IMG/VR virus record: IMGVR_UViG_2799112767_000002
Span: 1,844-65,843 of that record
From: a virus
Lineage: Duplodnaviria; Caudoviricetes
Reading direction: 5' to 3' (one strand)
Length of the DNA stretch: 64,000 nucleotides
Both the position numbers and the translations under genes were made by a program. Below are positions 49,687-57,162 of the stretch, piece by piece; position 1 is the first letter of the stretch; every line of letters starts with the position of its first letter. The notes under the pieces are model-generated. The model made no database searches. It worked only from the letters and a program-made list of their open reading frames with translations, and had not been told where the DNA came from.

Positions 49687-49732
49687 GATGTCTGAGGTAC
49701 GAAGACATCAAGAAATACGGGCGTAAGCCCGT
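49687..49732 (+). promoter_or_regulatory. Hairpins downstream of the VR (candidate DGR target-recognition cruciform)
   Basis: GATGTCT...AGACATC and ACGGGC-GTAA-GCCCGT. Confidence 0.65.
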
Positions 49733-49757
49733 CGAAGTTGGTGGAATTTTCGGTAGC

Positions 49758-49781
49758 CTCGCTGAAAATGAGTACCTTTGC
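49758..49781 (+). promoter_or_regulatory. Promoter for the TR-RT transcript
   Basis: TACCTTTG -7 element at 49773-49780. Confidence 0.65.
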
Positions 49782-49827
49782 AGTCGGAAAGCTGACAATA
49801 TGCACTTTTCAGGGTGGAAGCTCCCAT

Positions 49828-49940
49828 AGGCCGTGTGGTCTATCGCGGCAACAACAACGCGAATGCGAATGGCGGTGTGTCGTACGCGAATGCGAATAAC
49901 GATGCGTCGAACTCGAATGCGAATGTCGGGTCGCGTCTGG
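49828..49940 (+). repeat. DGR template repeat (TR)
   Basis: 11 AAC/AAT codons in the VR frame; located upstream of the RT. Confidence 0.97.
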
Positions 49941-50160
49941 ACAACAACCAAAGAAACTGAAATCGGCGTACAGCGACGGGGACGTGTCCCCAGTGCGGTG
50001 CCGAGGGAGCCGAGCCCCACCAACAGCGGCTTAACCTCTATAAAGAGGACATGACACCGCTCATGTGCCGGAAAGGTGAAAAACGGAGTGACGGGTAGAG
50101 TTTGGTAGGTCGGTAACGGCTCGAAGAACTTGGACCCACGGAAGGAAGGCTTCGGCCTTC
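49941..50160 (+). ncRNA. Structured spacer of the DGR RNA (TR 3' region)
   Basis: Hairpins GGGGAC-gt-GTCCCC and GAAGGC-TTCG-GCCTTC (50145-50160). Confidence 0.5.
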
Positions 50161-50181
50161 GCAAACAACAATTTTTGAACT

Positions 50182-51486
50182 ATGCGCAGAGAAGGTTACA
50201 TCATTGAGGAAATCGTTGAGTACGGCAATATGTCGGACTCCTTCGATACGGTGCTCCGAGGCACGAAGCGGAAACGCTCACGCCAGGGGCGCTGGCTCCT
50301 TGCGCATAGGGACGAGGTGATACGGGACCTGACGGAGCGTATAGCGTCCGGCACGTTCACCGTGAAGGACTACAGGGAGCGCGAGATCGTGGAAGGCGGC
50401 AAGCTGCGCAAGATACAGGTGCTCTCCATGTATGACCGCATCGGCGTACATGCCGTGATGAATGTCGTGGACAGGCACATGCGCAAGCGCTTTATCCGCA
50501 CCACCTCGGCCAGTATCAAGGAACGCGGGATGCACGACCTGCTGGCGTATATCCGGCGCGACCTGGAGGAAGATCCTGACGGAACGCGGTACTGCTACAA
50601 GTTCGACATCTCGAAGTTCTACGACAACGTGCAGCCGGACTTTGTGATGTACTGCGTGAAGCGGATTTTCAAGGACAAAAGGCTCATTGCCCTGCTGGAC
50701 GGCTTTGTCCGCATGATGCCGTCGGGCATCAGCATCGGGCTGCGTAGTTCGCAGGGGCTGGGCAATCTCTTATTGTCTGTATTTTTAGACCACTATTTGA
50801 AGGACAGGTACGGCGTGCGTCATTTCTACCGCTATTGTGATGACGGCGTGGTACTCGGAAAATCGAAAGCGGAATTGTGGCTCGTGCGTGACGTGGTACA
50901 CGAACTGGTGGAGCATATAGACTTGGAGGTGAAAGCCAACGAGCGCGTGTTCCCGGTAAGTGAGGGCATCGACTTCCTGGGCTATGTGATTTACAGTTCC
51001 AAGCATGTGGAACTGCGCAAGCGCATCAAGCAGAAGATGGCCCGCAAGATGCACGAGGTCAGGAGTAGGAAAAGAAGGCGTGAATTGATAGCGAGCTTCT
51101 ATGGCATGGCAAAGCACGCCAATTGTAACATGTTGTTTAATAAATTAACAGGCAAACAGATGAAATCATTCAAGGATTTGAAAGTCGCTTACAAACCGGA
51201 GGACGGCAAGAAGCGCTTCTCTGGTGCGGTGGTAAGCATCAGGGAATTGGTGAACCTGCCCATCGTAGTCAAGGACTTCGAGACAGGCATCAAGACAGAG
51301 CAGGGCGAGGACCGCTGCATCGTGGCCATCGAGCAGAACGGCGAGCCCAAGAAGTTTTTCACCAACAGCGAGGAGATGAAGAATATCCTCGCCCAGATTA
51401 GAGAAATGCCCGACGGGTTCCCCTTCGAGACCACCATCAAGACGGAGACCTTCGGCAAAGGTAGAACCAAGTACGTTTTCACTTAG
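50182..51486 (+). CDS. DGR reverse transcriptase with a ~108-aa C-terminal extension
   Basis: KFDISKFY, IGLRSSQ, YRYCDD, IDFLGY; adjacent to the TR. Confidence 0.95.
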   Translation: MRREGYIIEEIVEYGNMSDSFDTVLRGTKRKRSRQGRWLLAHRDEVIRDLTERIASGTFTVKDYREREIVEGGKLRKIQVLSMYDRIGVHAVMNVVDRHMRKRFIRTTSASIKERGMHDLLAYIRRDLEEDPDGTRYCYKFDISKFYDNVQPDFVMYCVKRIFKDKRLIALLDGFVRMMPSGISIGLRSSQGLGNLLLSVFLDHYLKDRYGVRHFYRYCDDGVVLGKSKAELWLVRDVVHELVEHIDLEVKANERVFPVSEGIDFLGYVIYSSKHVELRKRIKQKMARKMHEVRSRKRRRELIASFYGMAKHANCNMLFNKLTGKQMKSFKDLKVAYKPEDGKKRFSGAVVSIRELVNLPIVVKDFETGIKTEQGEDRCIVAIEQNGEPKKFFTNSEEMKNILAQIREMPDGFPFETTIKTETFGKGRTKYVFT

Positions 51487-51491
51487 AGACA

Positions 51492-51977
51492 ATGCAAAGG
51501 ACAGAAGGAACCGCCGGTGTAAAACTGATTGAATGCGTCAGCCCGGCAAGAAACAAGTGGCGCGTCCGCTGGGACGTGCAGGAACATGAGGACGGATCTG
51601 CCGACTACATGGAGGCGGAGTTCGCCCACAAGCCGACTGACGAGGAAATCAAGGCCGCTGTCATTGGCTGGTACAATCAGCAGACCGACCAGACCATCCT
51701 GTCCGGCTTCGAGTATGAGGGCGACCCTGTGTGGCTGTCCTCTGAGAACCAGTTCAACTACAAGGCAGCCTACGACCTCGCCGTACAGTCGAATGGTACG
51801 ACGCTACCTGTGAAGTTCAAGTTCGGTACAGACGAGCAGCCGAAGTATCGGGTGTTTGAAAGACTGGAGGAACTGGCTGACTTCTACACGAAGGCCATGC
51901 GTTTTATCCAGGACACGCTGGATGCTGGATGGCAGAAGAAAGATGCGTTCAACCCGGAAGACTATCGGGATGAATAA
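51492..51977 (+). CDS. DUF4376-like phage protein
   Basis: VWLSSENQFNYKAAYDLAVQ..G..LPV.FKFGTDE.P. Confidence 0.65.
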   Translation: MQRTEGTAGVKLIECVSPARNKWRVRWDVQEHEDGSADYMEAEFAHKPTDEEIKAAVIGWYNQQTDQTILSGFEYEGDPVWLSSENQFNYKAAYDLAVQSNGTTLPVKFKFGTDEQPKYRVFERLEELADFYTKAMRFIQDTLDAGWQKKDAFNPEDYRDE

Positions 51978-52001
51978 ACTCTGAAGGAAGCCCTTGGGGG
52001 T

Positions 52002-52140
52002 GGGCATAAAAAAGCCCCCAGCCTGTTAATATAGACGCCAATCATTTATTAACAACGCACCCATACAGGAGACAGCTGGGGGCCTATGCCCTTCACTCCC
52101 CTGTATGGGTTTTTATATGCGAAATAAATGATTGGCGGTA
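52002..52140 (-). ncRNA. Candidate ~135-nt structured RNA (nested stems plus a pseudoknot or alternative terminator pairing)
   Basis: 15-bp, 11-bp and ~19-bp complementary blocks; minus-strand TACCTTTG at 52141-52148; U6 run at 52008-52013. Confidence 0.55.
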
Positions 52141-52163
52141 CAAAGGTATAAAAAAATAATGAA

Positions 52164-52406
52164 ATGACGCTGTTTGAGATATTAAATTTCAATAAAGAGC
52201 TTATTGACAGGCTTATTTCGGTCGGTTTTAAGCCCGACGACTGCCGTTACGTGGCACTTTACGCAGATTATATGAAGATGCACGGACGTGGCGAGAAAGT
52301 GACGTATATCGTGACTCTGCTCTCTGACAAGTACAAGGTGAGCGAGCGCAAGGTGTACAACATCATCAAGAAGTTTGAGACTAACTGCACGGCTGGTGCA
52401 GTGTGA
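52164..52406 (+). CDS. Small HTH-like phage protein
   Basis: LSDKYKVSERKVYNIIKKF. Confidence 0.6.
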   Translation: MTLFEILNFNKELIDRLISVGFKPDDCRYVALYADYMKMHGRGEKVTYIVTLLSDKYKVSERKVYNIIKKFETNCTAGAV

Positions 52407-52428
52407 TTTGGCTTGAACTTTCCCTTGT

Positions 52429-52452
52429 CTCGCTGAATGACCGTACCTTTGC
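52429..52452 (+). promoter_or_regulatory. Promoter of the MTase-TS operon
   Basis: CTCGCTGAA-N5-GTACCTTTGC, the same layout as the TR promoter. Confidence 0.65.
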
Positions 52453-52473
52453 GGTGATAAAATTAGCGAGACA

Positions 52474-53304
52474 ATGAGAAAGCAATATCTATCGGCACCG
52501 CTTCCTTTCCAGGGACAGAAGCGTATGTTTGCCAAAGAGTACATTAATGTGCTCCAGCAGTTCCCTGACGGTACGACATTCGTGGACCTGTTCGGCGGCT
52601 CTGGCTTATTATCACACATAGCCAAGTGCCAGAAGCCGCATTCCAAGGTAGTATATAACGACTTTGACGGCTATCGCCAGCGGCTTGAAGCCCTGCCTGT
52701 CACCAATGCGCTGCTGGCAGAACTGAGGGAGATTGTGGATGTGCCACGCCACAAGCCCATATTGGGGGAGACAAAGGAACGTGTGCTGTCCTGCGTCCGC
52801 AAATACCTACACGACTACGGCTATATCGACTATATCACGCTGTCCTCGTCGATTATGTTCTCTATGAAGTACGCCACCGAGTTTTCGGATCTGGAGAAGG
52901 AAACACTATATAATAATATAAGGACGACCGACTATGAACCGTGCTTGGACTACCTCGACGGGCTGACCATTACCTCCTGTGACTACAGGGAGGTGTTTGA
53001 GCAGTACAAGGACGTGCCAGGTGTGGTGTTCCTGGTTGACCCTCCGTATTTGAGCACGGACAGCAAGACATACAAGATGTACTGGAAATTGTCAGACTAC
53101 CTCGATGTGCTGACGGTGCTTGCCGGACATCGCTTTATCTATTTCACCTCTAACAAGTCTTCTATCGTTGAACTGTGCGACTGGATGGGTAAGCATCCGG
53201 AACTGGGCAACCCGTTTGAGAACTGCCAGCGTCGTGAGTTCAATGCCCACATGAATTACAGCGCGTCCTACACGGACATCATGCTATATACGAAAGCCGC
53301 TTAA
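52474..53304 (+). CDS. Dam-like (D12 class) DNA amino-methyltransferase
   Basis: PFQGQKR, DLFGGSG (motif I), DPPY (motif IV). Confidence 0.85.
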   Translation: MRKQYLSAPLPFQGQKRMFAKEYINVLQQFPDGTTFVDLFGGSGLLSHIAKCQKPHSKVVYNDFDGYRQRLEALPVTNALLAELREIVDVPRHKPILGETKERVLSCVRKYLHDYGYIDYITLSSSIMFSMKYATEFSDLEKETLYNNIRTTDYEPCLDYLDGLTITSCDYREVFEQYKDVPGVVFLVDPPYLSTDSKTYKMYWKLSDYLDVLTVLAGHRFIYFTSNKSSIVELCDWMGKHPELGNPFENCQRREFNAHMNYSASYTDIMLYTKAA

Positions 53305-53329
53305 ACAACATTCTAATACCGTTTGAACG

Positions 53330-53968
53330 ATGAACAAATACTACCAGATACTGGGCAAGGTTCTGGAGAAAGGAAAGACCCAGACGAACAAGAAAGGAAA
53401 TATCCGCTACCTGCTCAATGAGCAGTTGTCATTGACCCCTGCCGACCTGCTCGATATATTCGAGAGCCACGGCATAGCCAGGAAGAAACTGAAGAATGAG
53501 TTGCAACTTTTTATGCAGGGTGAGCGGAACGTGGAACGATACCGCGACGTGGGCATCAACTGGTGGGACTATTGCGGTTCTGTCCTGGTGAACAGTTACC
53601 CGACCTACTTTGAGAAACTGCCTCCACTCATTGCGAAGATAAACCGCGAGAAGCGCAACAGCAAGAACTATGTGCTGTTCCTCGGTGAGACTGGTGCAGA
53701 GAGCAACCAAGCCCCATGCCTGAGCCTCGTGCAGTTCCAGATAGACGACGGGGAACTGGTACTGTCAGCATACCAGCGAAGCAGCGACGCGAACCTTGGC
53801 TTGCCGGCTGATATTTACCATCTCTACCTCATGGCTCGGCAGATAGATTTGCCTCTGAAAAGCATAACGCTGAACCTTGGCAACGTACACATATACGAGA
53901 ACAACCAGGAACGCACACGCCAGCTGCTTGATGGCGACGAGAATGTGAAGTTTGATTTGAACGTTTGA
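53330..53968 (+). CDS. Thymidylate synthase homolog with Asp at the Asn177 position (possibly dCMP-specific)
   Basis: APC catalytic Cys, YQRSSDANLGLPADI, NVHIYEN. Confidence 0.85.
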   Translation: MNKYYQILGKVLEKGKTQTNKKGNIRYLLNEQLSLTPADLLDIFESHGIARKKLKNELQLFMQGERNVERYRDVGINWWDYCGSVLVNSYPTYFEKLPPLIAKINREKRNSKNYVLFLGETGAESNQAPCLSLVQFQIDDGELVLSAYQRSSDANLGLPADIYHLYLMARQIDLPLKSITLNLGNVHIYENNQERTRQLLDGDENVKFDLNV

Positions 53969-53986
53969 AACAACATGGAGAAAAAG

Positions 53987-54018
53987 AAAACGCCCCAGAG
54001 AAATCTGAGGCGTTTTTT
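53987..54018. terminator. Terminator near the prophage right end
   Basis: AAAACGCCCCAGA-gaaa-TCTGAGGCGTTTTTT. Confidence 0.75.
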
Positions 54019-54045
54019 CGTTGTGGGGAAGGAACCCGAAAAAGT

Positions 54046-54106
54046 AACATTTCGTTTTGCGAAGCGGAACGCGTCGTTTAATTTTTCAGGAACATTTCGT
54101 TTTGCG
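54046..54106 (-). repeat. Right-end putative transposase-binding sites
   Basis: AACATTTCGTTTTGCG occurs twice (54046 and 54091). Confidence 0.8.
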
Positions 54107-54113
54107 GATTATA

Positions 54114-54533
54114 CCTCTCTATATTTCCCATCTCAGCCAAAACGGTAATAAGGATGGATGCAATTGGGTTGACTTCTCCATTAGGTTGCAGCGAGTATAA
54201 GCCAAGGTTCTGAATGTAGACTGAAACCTTAGCCTCATGTAGCTGCTCAAGGGATTTCAGTACTTGCAGCGTCGATCTCCCTAAGCGGCTCAGTTCAGAT
54301 AGTAGGAGGTAATCGACATGGTTCTTGGTGCAGTAGTCAAGGCACTCGGTCAGAACTTGTCGCTCCTCATTTTTCTTCGCCCCTGAAATATGCTCTTCAT
54401 AGATTTTGACAATTTCCATATCCTGGGCTTCGCTGAATTTTTGAAGGTCTGTGATTTGTCGTGATGTGTCCTGCCTGTCATTTTCAGAACTCACCCTGGC
54501 ATAAATCACGGCCCTCTTGTTTTTTGCGTTCAT
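54114..54533 (-). pseudogene. 5' half (catalytic domain, 140 codons) of the interrupted serine resolvase
   Basis: VIYARVSS...ISG...ELSRLGRS...LAEMGNIER, truncated at the prophage end. Confidence 0.92.
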
Positions 54534-54650
54534 AATAATCTTTGAATTAAAAGAATATATTGAAAGGGTGTATCCATTAGCCGTTACAGACTTTTTTGAA
54601 TACACCCATGAAATGAACACACTAATGGCTCATCGGCAGCACTAGTGTTA

Positions 54651-55004
54651 CTATCCTGTGACAATACCGTATTCCTGACAAATCCTTTCGCTGTAATTGT
54701 CAGTTTTCTCCACAGCATCATCTATCACAGAAATCAAGTCTCCAAGGAAGATGTGTTCTGTAGTTTTCACAATTCTCTCATTTTCGTCGATAAGTGAAAC
54801 CTCGAATAAATCTTCTCCTTCGTTATATGCCACCTGGGCATTTCCCTTGTGCTTAAACCCTTGCACATGAAACTTAACACCCAGATTTATCACATGTATT
54901 GAAGCCGGGTCTATTCCCCAGCTCCAAACAACAGGTAAATTGCTCTTGAAAATCTCAAAGATATACTCAGCTATTTTCAAGTTATAGTCGAAATCTCTGT
55001 CCAT
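54651..55004 (-). CDS. Hypothetical protein
   Basis: 117-aa ORF in a minus-strand gene run. Confidence 0.65.
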   Translation of the reverse strand: MDRDFDYNLKIAEYIFEIFKSNLPVVWSWGIDPASIHVINLGVKFHVQGFKHKGNAQVAYNEGEDLFEVSLIDENERIVKTTEHIFLGDLISVIDDAVEKTDNYSERICQEYGIVTG

Positions 55005-55009
55005 AATAG

Positions 55010-55312
55010 TTAATTGCCAATTTTGTTACGTTCAATTAATTCAATAATCTCACTACGTTTGAATTTTACTTTTCTGCCAATTTTATAGCATTTAATTATT
55101 CCTGCCTTTCTCCATTGATAAAGTGTACGGGTGGTTATCTGGAACATTTTTGACGCTTCATGATGGTCAATATACTCATCCTTACACAAAATCGGGTTTG
55201 TGGAAAATAGATCTTGCAAATAAGTTTTTATCTCACGTAGTTCACTCTTAACCTCTTCTAAATCATCAGGTTTAATGATGATAAGTTGATTGGTGATGTC
55301 ATCCATAGTCAT
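55010..55312 (-). CDS. HTH_17 excisionase-like DNA-binding protein
   Basis: EASKMFQITTRTLYQWRKAGII...KIGRKVKFKRSEI. Confidence 0.85.
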   Translation of the reverse strand: MTMDDITNQLIIIKPDDLEEVKSELREIKTYLQDLFSTNPILCKDEYIDHHEASKMFQITTRTLYQWRKAGIIKCYKIGRKVKFKRSEIIELIERNKIGN

Positions 55313-55488
55313 TTCTTGTTAATGTCCTTGATTAACTTTCGATTAAGTGCGTTTAAGGCTTTATAAACTCGCTGGTATGCCTTCTCGTATTCGGTTCCCT
55401 GGAGTCTCAGCCCTGCACTTACCAAATCATTTCCAGCGTTAAACACATCTTTCTGTGCCCAACGCAATTCTTGTTCACTCAGTCTCAT
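55309..55488 (-). CDS. Small hypothetical protein (59 aa; not in the ORF track)
   Basis: Overlaps both neighbours by 4 nt (ATGA coupling). Confidence 0.6.
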   Translation of the reverse strand: MRLSEQELRWAQKDVFNAGNDLVSAGLRLQGTEYEKAYQRVYKALNALNRKLIKDINKK

Positions 55489-55706
55489 CCTAGCACAATG
55501 TATTTAGTGTTAACATCTTCTTCGCTCACACCAAAAGGAAGGCCGTAGCTAATTTCTTCGCCTTTCAAGTGAGAGAAAAGGTAAAATAGCTCATGAAACG
55601 AATTGCCCTCGTCGTCGCCGGAGATTAAGATATACTTGTCTCCATTGCCTTTCGCTATCTCCTCCTTACATGCTTTAAGGAGCTGCTTTATAGTGATTGT
55701 CTCCAT
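55485..55706 (-). CDS. Hypothetical protein
   Basis: 73-aa ORF. Confidence 0.6.
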   Translation of the reverse strand: METITIKQLLKACKEEIAKGNGDKYILISGDDEGNSFHELFYLFSHLKGEEISYGLPFGVSEEDVNTKYIVLG

Positions 55707-55711
55707 AGTTG

Positions 55712-55963
55712 TTACATTAAATAGATTGTGTTGTTAATTACCGTCTTGTAAGTGCAGCCGTCCTCAGGGATTCGCACCTTCTTGAATACATACTGCCACC
55801 AATGGTCTTTTCTCAAAGGAGTCTGGTCCATTAGCATTTCAACGATTGATTTGTGAATTGGGAAGACATAGGTCAAAGCTCTACGTCGACTTCCATCACT
55901 GAGTTGTAGCCAGTACTTGATAGTCATGGCTTTCGTCTTTGCTTTAGTTTTTGTTCGTGCCAT
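55712..55963 (-). CDS. Hypothetical protein
   Basis: 83-aa ORF. Confidence 0.6.
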   Translation of the reverse strand: MARTKTKAKTKAMTIKYWLQLSDGSRRRALTYVFPIHKSIVEMLMDQTPLRKDHWWQYVFKKVRIPEDGCTYKTVINNTIYLM

Positions 55964-56194
55964 AGTCGTTAAAGTTTTTGAGTCCTGATGAGCTCCAGCC
56001 TATCGATCCCCCAGTACTCATGTTCAACTTCTTGTCTTGCTTCACTCTCTGTTCTAGCGTCGACCCAGATATTTGAACCATCTGGATCACCTGCTTGGTA
56101 GATTCTGAAATAAAATCTTGTCATGTTGATTACGTTTTATGCAGCAAGAGCCCCCATGTGATGATGAGAGCCCTTGTTGCTGGTTAATAAACTT

Positions 56195-57160
56195 CTATAG
56201 ATAGTCTCGCGTTTTCCAATATTCGATATCATCCTTCACCATGTCATAGGTTTGCTCCAACTCCAGCTTATTGATAGATGGATAGTAGTCTTTGAACACG
56301 GCCCAGATATCATTGAAACTTAGCTCGGGATGACTGGTAACTACTTCATAGATTTCATCATAGTAGTAGTCGTAGAAGCCATTATCATAAAAGGCGCTAT
56401 AGCCACCCTTATACTCGTACTCGTGTGGATATACGTCAGTGCAGTTCTCAATTATATGCTCAACTAATGCCAAGCAATTGAGCAAATCGGCCTTTACTGT
56501 ATATTCCTGGTCAGTGTGAGGTTGATAATAACCACATGACATATTACAGCAGCTTACGTTCAGTCCTTTCTCTTTCAAGGTCAAAACATCGGTCATCATT
56601 CCGCTTTCCTCTTGATAACCGAAGTCCTTGTATCCGGTTGCCTCGAGAAATTGGGTGGTACATAACTCGGTACAGCAAATATTTGTTATTATATCGCTGT
56701 TCCCACGTCTATCGCATTCTATCACGAACCTACAGTCATCGAAGAAATCCATTTTTGCTTTGCCACTGCCAACACAGCCGGTCTCCTCGCCAACGAAGAA
56801 TGCAACTTTAAGCACGTTAAATTTCTCTAGGCATTTTAAGGCAATAAAAATTCCATTTTTATCGTCTGCCCCAAGTCCTTCAAATCGCTTGTTCTTAGCG
56901 CTCCAACCAAAGATTATGTCGTTAGTTTCTATAGCTTGAAAATCTTTAGAATGTTGAGTCTGTACTTGGTCAATGTGAGCCACAATGCAGGGATAGGTTT
57001 CAGCACAATCTTTCGTTACATAGATATTGCCCACCTTTTTATCCAGTTCAATCTTGCAGTCCTTCATGTGATGTTTTATGTACCACAATAGGAACTGGAT
57101 CATCTTCTGTTCTTTACCCGACTTTGTATGTATCGAGTAGATTTTCTTTAGTAGTTTCAT
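56195..57160 (-). CDS. M20/M28-family zinc peptidase-like protein
   Basis: VAHIDQV, GADDKNG, FFVGEETG, H near GYYQPH. Confidence 0.75.
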   Translation of the reverse strand: MKLLKKIYSIHTKSGKEQKMIQFLLWYIKHHMKDCKIELDKKVGNIYVTKDCAETYPCIVAHIDQVQTQHSKDFQAIETNDIIFGWSAKNKRFEGLGADDKNGIFIALKCLEKFNVLKVAFFVGEETGCVGSGKAKMDFFDDCRFVIECDRRGNSDIITNICCTELCTTQFLEATGYKDFGYQEESGMMTDVLTLKEKGLNVSCCNMSCGYYQPHTDQEYTVKADLLNCLALVEHIIENCTDVYPHEYEYKGGYSAFYDNGFYDYYYDEIYEVVTSHPELSFNDIWAVFKDYYPSINKLELEQTYDMVKDDIEYWKTRDYL

Positions 57161-57162
57161 GT

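Larger units (their letters stand above)
12938..54113. mobile_element. Mu-like transposable prophage (~41.2 kb), Hankyphage-like architecture, carrying a DGR
   Basis: DDE transposase plus AAA ATPase, Gam, DUF935 portal, MuF, DUF1320, terminase, head and tail genes. CCTCT duplicated at 12933-12937 and 54114-54118. Inverted end motifs present. Confidence 0.93.

Noticed and set aside
50182-51486. RT as a group II intron, retron or Abi RT
   Set aside because: The adjacent TR/VR pair with adenine-only differences and the GxxxSQ/YCDD motifs identify a DGR.
53330-53968. Assigning the symbol thyA
   Set aside because: The specificity residue is Asp rather than Asn, so dTMP synthesis is not assured.
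54078-54620. 180-aa ORF as an intact phage invertase (Gin-like) or resolvase
   Set aside because: It is the 5' half of a host-island gene cut by the prophage. The tail YNPQNEMFLKN comes from the phage end, and no invertible segment with inverted repeats was seen.
55309-56130. Apparent frameshifts in the small minus-strand ORFs
   Set aside because: On recounting the homopolymers, both small ORFs read in frame.
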